From Balanoglossus misakiensis (Eukaryota > Animalia > Hemichordata): a stretch of 64,000 nucleotides of DNA. The notes below the pieces were generated by a model. The model ran no database searches. It saw nothing but the letters and a program-made list of their open reading frames with translations, and was not told the DNA's origin. The translations under genes and the position numbers were made by a program. The DNA lies in contig CM082590.2 of assembly GCA_040954595.2 (NCBI GenBank), positions 5,208,001 through 5,272,000 on the forward strand, read 5' to 3'. Below are positions 12,228-25,800 of the stretch, in pieces. Numbering within the stretch: the stretch's first letter is position 1; every line of letters starts with the position of its first letter.

Positions 12228-13489
12228 TTAATTGAACACGTGTGAAAAGAGCTCTAAACACTAAACGTACAATCAACCTGTAAAAATAGCACTGGTGTTA
12301 ACGCGTACAATGAAATGCTTCATCTGAATACAAGTAAAAGAAATCATCTTCCAAAGAGCTTCCCTTTCATTGACATCACCGTGCAGGCGCTGAGTGTATA
12401 AAGAAGGCCTTGTTAATCATCGTGACCTGGTTTCTGCTAACTTTGATCGGCGAAGGTTAAATTTGTCCTCCCCAACAGAGTTGAGTTAATTTGCTTTTGA
12501 GTTCATTAAAATGCAGATTTGATCTCTGTATTTAATAAAATTTTCTAACATGGGAGGGGGGCACCCACTCCCAAACCCGTCTTTACCAATTCTACTTACT
12601 ATTGTAATGACTTGTCCTTTTAATTTTTTCATATATTAATTTAATTATTTTAATGTATTCATATATGTAAATTTCCATTGTAAGTCATTCACCACCAGAA
12701 TGTTGGTTAAATTTGCCCTCCCCCCCCCCCCCCCAACCATGAATTGCTTCCTAAGCCCCTGGCCTCGCAAATTATTCGTACAATGTGTACTTTCATCCAT
12801 TTGGGCTTAGATTATTCCTCAAATAATTTAGCGAAAACATAAACAGAAAATCATTTCAAACAAATGCAACACAATTTGAATGATGACCAATGGGCTATTC
12901 ATTGTCCTATCTTAGAACATTGAAGGGTATATGAATAAGGCTTTCCAACAAAAGGTACTACATAATTAGATTTAAAAATTACTTTTCGCTTATAATGAAT
13001 AAAGTGCAAATAAATTCTGAAAATATTGTCTCAATTTTATTCAACAAAATTGCCAATATTTAAATGAATTCTTCAAATACATGTCATCAATAATTGAAAA
13101 ATCAACCTGTCTTCTTTATTAGTATATGTAGAAATCTTAAAACACTATCATTATCATTGATTGTGCTGAGGAGATGGGGGTTTTAAGAATAACAGAAATG
13201 TCATTTATGAGCTGAGTACTTGATCTACAAGGTTTGATTGTGTTTGGACATTTTGAGGTTGTTCATCCAAGCAATAAAACAACCAAACATGTTTTGAAAT
13301 ATAGCAACTTATGGTGGTTTGTTTTCCACTTTATGAAAACTAAACTTCTCCTTGAATCCTCTGCCATAACAAATGATAAGAAAACATTAATATAATCTTT
13401 ACGCACACGAATATTTTAAATGTAGCTATTAAATTAAAACGTACCACCTGATTTTTTGGCTCAATTTCTCATATTGTCAAGACTAACAG

Positions 13490-14042
13490 CAATATTGTCA
13501 TTTGTGACAGTTGCATTTTCCTTTAAGATATATTGTCCCATGCGTTTGTACAACTATACCAGTGTCACTAATACTGACATAGCTTAACCATAGAGGTATA
13601 AGTAAAGGTATAAATTTAATAAAAAGACTAAAAAATTCATAAAAAATAAAACATCCATGATATCAACTTAACACTTACAGGTCGGTGTGAGGTTGACATA
13701 AGGTACATACTTATCAATTTTCAAAGCAATCTGACCAGTAATTGTTGACTTACAGAGTTTTGATCAATTTCACATTTTACAAGCTAATTTGCATATTTTT
13801 GGGCCTGGCAACTTCGTTTGGACAAAGTCCCATCTACAGCCCAGCCTGCACCTACACACCAAATATTGAGGTGATACGCACAGCGGTTTTCAAGTTTTTG
13901 ATGTGGACGGACATACAGACATACATCCATACATCCATACATCCATACATCCATACATCCATCCATCCATACATACATACAGACGCAACCCATCCCATAA
14001 GGTCCCATGGTATATAGGCCTATACCAATGGGACCTAAAAAA
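13490..14042 (-). mobile_element. Probable Helentron/HINE-like non-autonomous element of another family
   Basis: Terminal hairpin aggtcccatggtata/tataccaatgggacct (14000-14036) beside an A-run, adjacent (CATA/CATC)n microsatellite at ~13912-13981, and a candidate sub-terminal repeat gtcccatg at ~13535. Left boundary uncertain. Confidence 0.55.
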
Positions 14043-14849
14043 CTATATTTCAACACACATCAAATCTGTTCTGGCTAATGAAACAAAAACCATCTTCACG
14101 GCCAAAAACGAATATCACTCACAATTTTTCTAATCTTTAAATAAATGCCATTACTACTAAAAGGAAAACATCACATACAGTGATTCTAAACCTTGAATAC
14201 ATATGTCATTACAAATAAACATGAAAACATCACCTAAAATGAATATTTTCAAAAAGGAGGGAATTTTCCTAAATCCGTCATTTCAAGACTGAAAAAAAAA
14301 TGCCCCTCGTAGGGCAGATTTTGATGATAAAGACTAAAAATAATGATGTACATTTTGTTGTGACAAAACAGAAAAAATAACAAAATGATCCACTTTATTT
14401 CTCTATAATGAGCACTGATGTATATTACTGATCATTTGTTGTGGCTTGTAAACTCAACATGCCACTTTCTTTGTATTTAACCATTTACACTCACTTCATT
14501 TGGCCAATCTTGTGATGCTGACATGGCATCATTTTCGTCACTCATTTCTTTTCAATTATCCAATAAACCCACTTTCATTGGATGCAGCCTAAATGTATTT
14601 CTTTGATCTTGTCGTCTTCAGTTGTGTCATCTCTATCAGCATTTTCTCTGATTTGGCTTTTGGAATATTTTCTTTGTCAATAATGTGTGTGTCGCTTTAT
14701 CCGTCAACTTCAAATTCTCTTATTCAACCGTTGTAACATTTTCTGAATGACGTTGTTTGTTTAAGATTTATATCCTTGGTCTGGCATCTTCTTATCTTCA
14801 GTTGTGTCACTTGTACCGATATTTTCTCCAATTCAACTGTTGAAACATT

Positions 14850-15085
14850 TTCTGTGTCAATGTTGTTTCTATGGCATTATCATTCTTCAACTCCAACATC
14901 CTTATCTTCAACTCCATAACTATTCCAGAAAGTCGTAATCTGTGTCAATGTTGTTTCTATGGCATTATCATTCTTCAACTCAAACATCCTTACCTTCAAC
15001 TCCATAACTATTCCAGAGAGTCGTAATCTGTGTCAATGTTGTTTGTATGGCATTATCATTCTTCAACTCCAACATCCTTATCTTC
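14850..15085. repeat. ~88-bp tandem repeat (3 copies) overlapping the Roco stop codon
   Basis: tgtgtcaatgttgttt(c/g)tatggcattatcattcttcaactc at ~14853, 14941 and 15029. Confidence 0.85.
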
Positions 15086-16303
15086 AGCGGCTGCTGATTG
15101 TTCCTTGCTATGGCTTGACACACCCAGCCTTCTGAACATTTCGTGGATTACACTCTGGGCATCTGGTCTGCTTCTTTCTTCCTGGTTCAATGCTGACAAC
15201 AAACAGGAGAAATTACTCCGATAGAATTTCTTTCCTTCTGTTGACACTGCACTACGGAGTGTACCATCCGCGCTCCTTTTAGACCACTCGGATATGACGA
15301 ACACTGTGGTTGACATCGGCTTGTCTTCCCAACCTTCAACTTCCTTGTACCAGATCCCCAACATGTCTGCCAAAGCTTTGTAGTCAAAACCAATGGGCCG
15401 TCTGACATCCATTAATATGGCAAACTCTTTGAGGGCATCCTTCAGCATCCACTTGACATCACTTTCATATCCATATTTACGGAGGAATGTGGTATCATAC
15501 CCAGCACAGAGCAAGTCAGGGACAGCTTCTTCTTGACCTGTTTGCTCATCATACACTCCACTTCCATTCTGCTCAGCTTCTGTGATTTTCTGCATTGGGT
15601 AGAATCTTACATTCTCTGGGTTGCTGTGAATTCGCAGCGAGTGGGCGCTGAGAATATGGGTGTCGACCTCGATACCCGGACAGCAGATCTCTATGACATC
15701 ATAGATATCATTGGTCACCATTTCCAGTAACTGGTAACATGCCCCTATGTCATCTCCCTTTTCTGCTCTGACACAGGTGTGGATTGCCGTCCATCCATCT
15801 GTCATGTACACCAATCCTTCTACGATGCGGCAGACTTTGATACCATTCTTCCATATTCCACTGGGAGGGTAACCCATTTCCTCAAAGTGACGGTAGAGCC
15901 TGGTCTGTAGGTGTGGGAACAAACCTGGTGTGAAGCTGTCTGTTTCATCATGGCATTCGATTCTTCTACCAAAATAGTGATGCTTAGTGGGATCCGATTC
16001 CCATTGATTTGCTGGCATTTTATCTTCCAAGAGTCCAGGGATGATGTAAGATTTTGGATTGGACTCATCTTCATGGAGAAGCTCAAAATGCTTGAGAAGA
16101 GCCATGACTAAGCTGGTATCACCGTAACCACTGAATACTCGAGCAATTTCTGTCTCGTGATAGAACTTCTGGTTTTTTGGCAGTTTGTCGCTGTATTGAA
16201 CGAAGATATCAGTTGCCATCAGTCGACCTAAGATTTCTGAACACAACCATTGACCATCAAGAACAATGATATCATCACCAAGTGGATTCTTGACAAAGAT
16301 AAT
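15056..16303 (-). CDS. Roco gene last exon: COR domain and death domain
   Basis: IVLDGQWLCSEILGRL, YIIPGLL, FGRRI, FTPGLFPHLQTRL and IWKNG resemble DAPK-type COR; DYKALADMLG...VISEW...LLSAL resembles a death domain; ttgcAG acceptor; TGA stop. Confidence 0.9.
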   Translation of the reverse strand: MIFVKNPLGDDIIVLDGQWLCSEILGRLMATDIFVQYSDKLPKNQKFYHETEIARVFSGYGDTSLVMALLKHFELLHEDESNPKSYIIPGLLEDKMPANQWESDPTKHHYFGRRIECHDETDSFTPGLFPHLQTRLYRHFEEMGYPPSGIWKNGIKVCRIVEGLVYMTDGWTAIHTCVRAEKGDDIGACYQLLEMVTNDIYDVIEICCPGIEVDTHILSAHSLRIHSNPENVRFYPMQKITEAEQNGSGVYDEQTGQEEAVPDLLCAGYDTTFLRKYGYESDVKWMLKDALKEFAILMDVRRPIGFDYKALADMLGIWYKEVEGWEDKPMSTTVFVISEWSKRSADGTLRSAVSTEGKKFYRSNFSCLLSALNQEERSRPDAQSVIHEMFRRLGVSSHSKEQSAAAEDKDVGVEE

Positions 16304-16816
16304 CTGCAACAAACAAGAAGACAATGAAATAAACTTAAGATGTTAACAAAAGTTGATTGAAAGAAATAATGTATTGATCAATGAGATGAGAAGGCAAGAT
16401 GACTGACTGACTCACTGAATGAATGAATGAATGAATGAATGGTTGAAGGCCATAGATATATGGTCTGATCAGTGGATGAATTGATGGTGTTCTGAAAATT
16501 TACCTCGCCAATGCTTTCCAGATATGATGTAGCTATCCTCAGAAATGGCTCTTGAACATATTTATCAATCTCCTGAACTCTTTCCACATATGTCGTCCAG
16601 TACAGAACAGGGAACTTCTTGTTTTTTAGCCACCTCTGCTTCTTGTCAGCAATTTTAGCACATAGGTTTGGTATATTTTCTTCCTTCTGTAATGCAATAA
16701 ACGATAGATAATTGTATAAGAGGACAATGCTTGTAAATCCTCCATTATCCCGCACAAAAGACCATACATTCCAAATTGATACATACATACATACATACAT
16801 ACATACATACATACAT

Positions 16817-16851
<35 letters not shown>

Positions 16852-19800
16852 TGCACACACACATACATACATACATACATACATACATACATACATACAT
16901 ACATACATACATACATACATACATACATACATACATACATACATACATACATACATACCCGGTACACTCCAATAAATACATACGAAAGTGCAAAAAGAAT
17001 GGAAGGGATCTGTTCACATGAAACTCATCCAGAAGAAACGGACTACAGATCAGCTCTATTAATCCAACCAGGAAAACCCTTATCATTCTATTGGAATTAT
17101 CGTTTTTGCTGTAGTATTATCACTTTCTGACTAGACGGATTTTCAAATCAAAATGTTAATATAAATAGTTATGCATTTATGTTAAACTCACCTTGAACCC
17201 ATGTAAGATGACACGTAGTCTGCCCATTGCTTCACTTTGAGAATCATGACAATTTAACAAAAGTGTCTCATCCACGATATTCAAATAATCGCCAAATTTC
17301 TTCTTCAACTCTTTGCGTACCTTTTCTACAACCCGTTTGGCTATATTAGAAAACATAAAATAAAAAAATGGGTGCTGATATTTAAGTATCAGTACCCATT
17401 TAAGGATGTACATGCAGGACGTAAACGTGTAAACTGCATGAACTTATGGGCATGTCACTATTCCTATGAAATAGAAAAAATTGGGTATTGGTATTTAACT
17501 AGTATTCAAAGTAGGCACCTTCTGACTAAACGATTGTAAGTAATTATGTCAGATCTTTTTGAAAAAATACTATCGTGCATCACCTTACAATGTACTGCTA
17601 CTTAAATACCATTAACATTTGGATGCAGAGACAGATTTGTCCAAATTAATTATGGTTTTACATGTACATGCTAGATGGTGTGTGTGCATGTACCAGTGTG
17701 TTTAACAGTACATTCATGTTGTAACTGCACTCAAACTAATTTACTTACCACTCTCTTGTTGAGATTCATACAACATATCAGCTCTACTTGCGATCAATAT
17801 CACAGTTGGTTTGGTGTCTTCACTCCGAGACGAAGCATCATCACTCTTTGGTATGCTGCTTATCATGCCTTTGAAGAACTGGGCCCATATGTTGGTCTGA
17901 AAATTATCACAATTAATTATTTAATTACCCAATTACAATCAGTCAATCAATCAATCAATCAATCAATCAATTTAATTAATTAATATTTTTTAATGCAAAT
18001 ATTTAAGTGTTGTGGCACGTTTTACATGTGTTGAGGGTGTTCGCTCGAAATAGTTTAATTGATTTCACAACTTATCGTCACTCCAGGTATGGATTGATTT
18101 CTATATACACTACGATCCAGTCATTTAAAAAAATACCTAAGTGCATCGCTACATACTTTGGCATTCACACGTGACCTTCGCTTCCACTACATAAAGATTG
18201 TCTTGGGGATGCAATTGGCAGAATATTTCATAATAGTGGCACTGTAATGCCACACATAAACCATACTTCAATCAAGTTCAGAGCTTACAAAAACACGCAA
18301 GAAATTATAACAGTCTGTATCTGTTAGGCATTGCATCTGTGGACCACTCCATCCCCCAACCCGTCCTCAAATGACCAGTTCTATATTTGGACATAGTAGG
18401 TTCAAAAGTAGAATTCATTCCGGTGTGTGTGTTGGTGTTTGTTTGTTTGTGTGTGGCCGTTCTCAAATGACTAGTTCCATATTTGGACATACATGTAGTA
18501 GGTTAAATTGGAAATACTTTACAGTTTCTATTTCGTTCCGGTGTGTTTGTGTGTGAAGGGTCATGTCTCACCTCGTTCAGTGCTTGTTCCAACATCTCTA
18601 TAGGCTTCTTCAAATGTTTTGGGTCATCTTTCACCATTTCTGTTATTTTAAACAGAAGCATAAACACAGCATCTTCTGCTCTCAGGAACATGTTGTGTGT
18701 CACATAGTACTCACACTGTCCAGCAAAATCCATGACAATGTATTCTCCAACCTTTGGTATGTCGACAGTTTTTACATCAATACCGGGAGTCGGTGTGTAC
18801 CCAGTCTTGTCTGGTGGAGGGGCTTTTTCTGCAGCTCGTTGAGTGACATTCGCTGTCCAGAAGCCCTTTATGAAAGCAGTATACATGAAATAGCAGTAAG
18901 ATGGGCGAGTAACACTATCATTTACGCAAACTATTTCACCTGGACAACATGATAATGTGTAATAGATTTTAATAACAATAGTTTGGTGAACTGTTTATGT
19001 ATGCTGTACATTACAATATTCAGAAAAAAAGTGAATAAATGAATAATTTCATAGTATCACTGCAATAGATAAATAAAAACTTGAAACATCGATGAAACAT
19101 TCGAAGTGGAAAATGGTGTGACCATACAATGTTTGACAAAGATATAACTTCATATATAAAATATATTGTTACCCGTTGCAAAGATTTCACAAGGGTTGTC
19201 TTTCCAACACCACCAAATCCACAGACATGAACCCTGCTACTATTTCGGGTGATGCCTGGTTCTCTCATCAAAACACTGAATTCAATTTTCCTCTGTTCGG
19301 CCTGTTGTTAACAAAAAGAACAACATTAACAACAGTCAACAGCATTCTCAGAAGACTGGCCAAATATTGTCAAAATGGAATGTGATATCAAATGAACACT
19401 ACACTGCATTAATGACAAAATTTGGCTATGACAGCCTCGTATTTAGTGTACTTAAAGGGACAAAATCTCTCTCACTGCCCCTTTTCCATTAATTATGTTT
19501 AATACAAGACACTGTTAGGTTAATGTACATGTGGATATATAGTGAATTAATATTCGACCACACACACCTTTCATCCTGCTTGTAGACACGAGAGTGACAA
19601 ACTCGCCAAAATGAATAATTGGTGTTTACCGTTTATTGATTTTGGGGAGATTTTTACTCTCATATCCTACAAAGGGGATGGAAGTTGTGTGTGGTCGAAC
19701 GTTGATTTAAAATATATCCACTTGTAGAATAACATAAACGGTGTTTTGTATCCAACATAATTAATGGAAAATGGCAGTGAGAGAGAGACTTTGTCCCTTT

Positions 19801-22800
19801 AATTCAAAGAACCAAGTAGAGTGATGTTTTAAGAATGAAATGAAACATTACTTGTTATTTGGTGTATAATATTTTCACAACCCGTTTTCACTACAATAAG
19901 AATTTTTCACTACTTGTCATATAGCTATACATGTTAGTTTTTTATTGTATGGTGCTTGTATTAGAAGCAGTTGCCACCTACAGATTTACTCAGTAATGTA
20001 TATCTGGTTAAAAGGCTGACCTCGATTAGTTGCTCACGCAACTACTGTTCAGTCTTTTTCTCTCTTCAACTTTCTACTGTTGATGCTGACTTGTATTTAA
20101 GTTGTTATGATTATGATCTGATTTGATTTGAGAATAAACTATTATTATTATTATTATTATTATTAAATAGGCCAAAATATACCGCCTACCTGAAAGACAC
20201 GGATAAGTCTGGTGTGTAATGCATATGTCAAAATGCAGCAATTATGAATTGTGGATGAAACACTGAATAACAACGATGATACATGTATGTATCATTTATT
20301 GGTAACAGAAACTTGAAAGTAACGTAACAATAGTATTGTCAGTATTGTCAACAAGTGCACAAGTTCCTATTAAAATCACCTAAGTAAGGAGTACAATATT
20401 TTAGACCAACCAATTAATGTAAATTAAACGAACATATAGCCACAGCAATGGTTTCACTTTGAAATTTAAATTAGAGTGTACAAAGAGGTAAAAACTAATC
20501 TCCACTCTCCAAATTGTTTCTTTCAGTTTTGTTCTGGAAATGAATAACTTGATCTCATTGATGGTTGTATTACAAGTAATAGAGTTCCTTTTGAATATGA
20601 CAGTTACTTGTAGTTATGGGAAATATTACCTTCAGCAGGGATTTGACTCTTCTGTCGTCTGCAACATCCAGAGGTGTCTTTCTGTACTGTAAGGTGGAGA
20701 AAAGATTTTAAGCCCATTGCTATGATTTGGTTAAAACTGCTTCATGACGTTTTATATGGACTCTTCACAAATCTAATATTTGCAAGGCACGTACGCCTCT
20801 GATTGGAATTTCTTGAGTATCGAAATGTGACAGTTGGGACAATTTTCATGGTTTTCTTGTGTTAAACTTTAAAGGGGAGTTCTCGTGGCGCTTTGTTTGC
20901 GCCCTAGGGTGTCTCCCTTGATTAAAGGGACAAAGTCTCTCCCTCGCTGCATTTTTCTGTTAATTATGTTTGATACAAGACAGTGCTCACATTATTTTAC
21001 ATATGGATATATTGTGAATCAACCTTCGACCACACAACTTCCATCCAGCTTGTAGCCACGAGAGTGAAAAACTCGCCAAAATGAATAATTGGTGTTTACC
21101 ATTTATTCATTATGAGAATATTTTACTCTCATATCCTACAAACGGGATAGAGGTTGCGTGTTGTCCAACGTTGATTCACTGTATATCCACATGTAGAATA
21201 TCATAAAGGGTGTCTTGTATCTAACATAGTTAATGGAAAAGGGGGCAGCGACAGAGAGACTTTGTCCTGGGAGGTGTGTGTGGTCTAACATTGATTCACT
21301 ATATATCCACATGTACATTAACATAAACGGTGTCTTGTATCTAACATAATTAATGGAAAAGGGGCAGCGAGAGAGAGACTTTGTCCCTTTAACTCATTTC
21401 CCAGAATGCCTCACTAATCTCTGCAAATAAAAACGGCTGCTATGGATAATATTTAAGCAAGTGTCACTGACAGTACATTTTCAACTACTAGTATAATGGT
21501 GACAGTACATGTTTTGTGCGAGAGAGGGTGGTGTCAGAAGGACTGACATGAGACGACATTATGAAAGTGATAGTACAAGCATCATATTGCATTCGAGCTG
21601 TTTTTATCCTCGAGCAGAGTCGCACCACTGATGCAATGCCTTTATAATAATGCACTGCTGTTAAAATGGGGAGGCATAACAAACATTTTCATATCGATTG
21701 TGCATTTTGTGATAAAAGCTCAGATGGGTGTTAATGTGTAATTAACTCCATCGGCCATGTAAGGCCGGGACACACAGACTTGTACGCAGGGCTAGGAACA
21801 TACATTCCCATACGCACAGACACATACGACACAACCCAACACAGAACTCAGCATGAAATGTACAAACCAATTAATCCATCGAGACCATGACCCTATTTAC
21901 ATGCAGACTCATTTGAATGTCAATTTTGCATTGGTTTTATGGCCGCCAAGCTAAACGTTGTTTTTCAGGGTTTTGACAAATAACATCGGAGGAGGCAAGT
22001 GACAGGCAAAATCAGGAAACAGATAATGTCTCATGACACACGGGGACAGTGTGATTTTCAACATTACCTACACAGTCATCAACTTCGACAACATTTGGTG
22101 GGAAGGTATTTAAAACAACACGCTAAATTCTAACAGGAACATTGCGATCGTACTGTTGAACTTGTAGGGCTTCCCAACAGCCAGCAATCTGGACTTATCA
22201 ACTGAAGACATAGTTGTGGAAACGCAGCTGTTCCGCCGGCGAAGGGGGGAGATGCGGGGAATTACTATATCCCCCCCCCCCGGTGGAAAAGCTGCATTTA
22301 CACAGCTACTGAAGATCCAACTCCGAAAAAGTTGGATTTCAGAAATTTAATTCCACTTTCCTCATGCAACGGAAGATTCAGAACGTGCTTTCCAAAAATC
22401 TACGCTGGACGCCCATTTACGTAATACGCCCTTTACGGTAACAATATACTTTACCCAGAAACGCCTACACTAGATAATTTTATGTTTTCGTACAAACACA
22501 GACAAATAAACTGTCCGGTTTGATCCCCCTGAAATTTTTCCTCAAAGCAAAAGACAATGATTTTTCAAGACATCGACCGATCGTGTTATGGCAAGTGTCC
22601 ACGGCTGTTTAGCCAACATCATCGCGAAACTTAGATTTAAGCTTATATTGAGCCTTTTTTAAATCATGTTCAAACATTCCATAATTATACAAGACATGCT
22701 GTCATTGTTAAAATAGGTTGTAAAGTCTGGGTCGTTGGGAATAAGGCAGAGGAATAGTCGCTAACTATTTATTTTTATTAACCTATTTTCAAAAATGTGT

Positions 22801-25800
22801 GTTATTGATAATAAAACTTGTCCACTGATGTATGAGTGCAGAATAGAATTAGTGTGATTACAGTAACTTACATTATCCTGCACATCGACGCTGGCATTGG
22901 ATTGCAGTAGAAGTCTCACCGTGTCACTATAGCCATTTGCTGCTCCATAGTGTAACCCTGCCCAACCACGCTGTGGGAATACAACAAAAAATGTGTCATT
23001 GAAAATCCCTGACTATAACCTTCATATGGAACACGCAATGTTTCATTAAGCATGCACTGTTATACACATTCTGAAACATTCATTTTGGAGATGGGGGGGG
23101 GGATACATTAATAGTAGGATACATCCCAGTCCCCCACGTAATGGACATGAATGCTTGATGTGGTGATAGGGCAGTGTCCTTTATTACCTCTTAAAACTGC
23201 ATAGGAATTAGCCAATCGAAGAACATCAATTATGAATCAAAGTTAAGTAATATGCGGAACCGCTATTGACATTCAAATGATTATGGTGGACTTCAGCCAG
23301 ACAACTTTTTTTAGTCTCGCCAGCCAGACCACTCTCTCTGTCATTCGACGGCATAGCCACACGAAGTGCGCCACGAGCAGCGGGGCCATACATCCTCGCC
23401 GCTTGAGGCACACCTCGTGTACCTGTGCGCGGCGTCGACGGATAGCGAGGTGTTGCCAGCAAGAATAACGTTTCTTTAGAGTCAGTTTCGTATTGGTGAC
23501 TGCATGATGACGGTTTATGAAAGAATCCCACTTTGTAGATTTTCGGTTGAAAAGTCATCCCAAGTTTGTTTATTTTTCTGTTGAAAAGTGACCCTTCTGG
23601 GTGGCACATACCCGTACACATTCCTATGGGAGAACCCCCCCCCCCAACCTGTTGTGCAGGATACATGGCACCCCGACATTTTACAATTATTTATTCTCAA
23701 AACTTTACTTCGCTTCGCCGTTGTTACTGACAGCTATTACACTACAGTTTGTTTAAATATAAAATAAATGTCTCATCGTGCATGTAGCAATAATTCATGG
23801 TTAGGTCCCTAACTTTCCGGTCAAAAAGTTAACTATTGGTAGATTATTTATCGAAAAATCGAATTATGAATTTCGATATGAACAACCTGATCCCAACCTC
23901 TCGAATTCCTCGACGTTTTAATAAAATATTGCTTTATAGTGGTATGATATTCAAAAGTGAATTGGTTGGTCTCAAAAGAGATAAGAATTTAACTTGGCCG
24001 CAGGTATAGCCAGGGTCCAAAAACTCTCCCTCAAACTCTTTCATACTCTTCATAATCCTATTATGTGTGTCAGTTTATTGCAGTAACACTGGTTTCATGA
24101 TTGACATCCCAAAGGTCATCAACACTACAGTACAGTGTCACCTTTTTGGCCGTTCGGGCTATTGGTGAGTGAGCATGTAAAGCCACTTACCCCATCCTTA
24201 GCATTGACGTCAGCTCCATGGTCGATCAACATTTGTGCCGCTTCCAGTTTATTTCCCCAGGCTGCAGCATGCAATGCTGTGCATCCAGACTGAAATTGAC
24301 AAATTCATTTGAATTAAAATAAACACAAGCTATGTTCCAATGTTGGACTTGTAAGGTTACATGGCTATAATTTCACTGGAATAGATTTGTAACTGTAAGT
24401 GTTGACTGTGTTGAGTTAAACGTGTGTAGCATCTATACCGATAGGTGTTTTAGAGCAAAACACTATTGTTTCAGAGAACATTTATAACGTATCCTATAGA
24501 TTTTTCTAACAAGTGTAACACTATAAAATTCTAATATAATGTAGCGCACTATACATGTTTATGCACACTCATAGGTGCAACAGGTCTAAATATCATTTCA
24601 TAAATTACATTGATATTTTCAAATTTTCAATCACACCAAGTACTCTAACAGATAAACATGGCGGATGTGATACACCCGACACACACAATCCCCTGTTTCT
24701 CTGTTGATGTTGGTACGTACGGTACATCAATGTTATAATTATTGAATGTTGCTAGGAAACATCAGAAAAAGAATTGTCTAAACCAATCTGGACATTTCTC
24801 TTAAATTTGTCTTTTTTAAAAGCGTTTGTAGTATCCATTGAATGGAACTGAAATCACATATGTCTGGTTCACTGAATTTATGTGACAATCTGATTAAAAT
24901 CAGATGTAGAGTTAGGCGTTGTCTTTATCTGTGGTGATCATTTAGGTTGATCTGTTCTCTGTCTTAGCCGTTCTCGGGTGGACAGTCCCTTTCCGAACAG
25001 TAGGGCCAAGAATCAGCAATAGTTATGACACTGCCTAACTCTACAGCCGATTTAACCAGATAGTTTTGTGACAATCCGAGACGGTCACTAAGCTCACAAT
25101 GGCACATAATGCATGTGACACATGCAATCAATGGCTTCCTTCACAAATAAAGATATCGTCCAAATGGCAACTCTCCAGCCTGCAATGACACAGATTCCAC
25201 ATATTCTTCGAGTCTCCACAAATGAAACAGTTCAGCCCGGCCTTGTCACGACTCTGATATTCTCCCTGTATTCCCCATAGACAAGCACTATGTCCTTACT
25301 CTGGCATTGTTCTATGTCCATTGAGGTACAATAACACGTTCATCTCCACACATGTGTGTTTACTCAATCAAGTAATTTCTACAGCTAAGATATCCATCGA
25401 AGAGCCAGAGGAAATAAATATTACAATCAATCAACAGCTGACCAACCTCAAATATTCAAATCACGCCTTAAGAGTACACTTGTACTACAAACACCACGGA
25501 CTAAAGAAATCCACACTTTTCGTGTATAAAGGCAACCAACGGCACTTTTTTCCAATGACCATATTCACCTGAATTCCGGATTGACTTACGACGCGGGATT
25601 TTTAATCTCTATTGTGTCGCTTTTGGGGTTTCAATTATTTGTTAACACTTTTATTTTCTATGACATTTGCAAACATCGATCTGGATTTGTCAATAACCTG
25701 GCCACAGACTGTTACTGATCACAATATACGGATATGGACGTTACAGCCAACATTATTTTCTTATTCGTTTCGGCTTCAAATTTCTCTTTCTAACCTCAAA

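Noticed and set aside
16626-17086. ORFs with MYVC/YIHT repeats (also 13742-14133)
   Set aside because: Translations of tetranucleotide microsatellites.
20020-20090. Possible extra Roco exon on the minus strand (purine-rich, ends GAG|GTcag)
   Set aside because: Stops or a frame mismatch with the acceptors I tried; the flanking exons join in frame without it.
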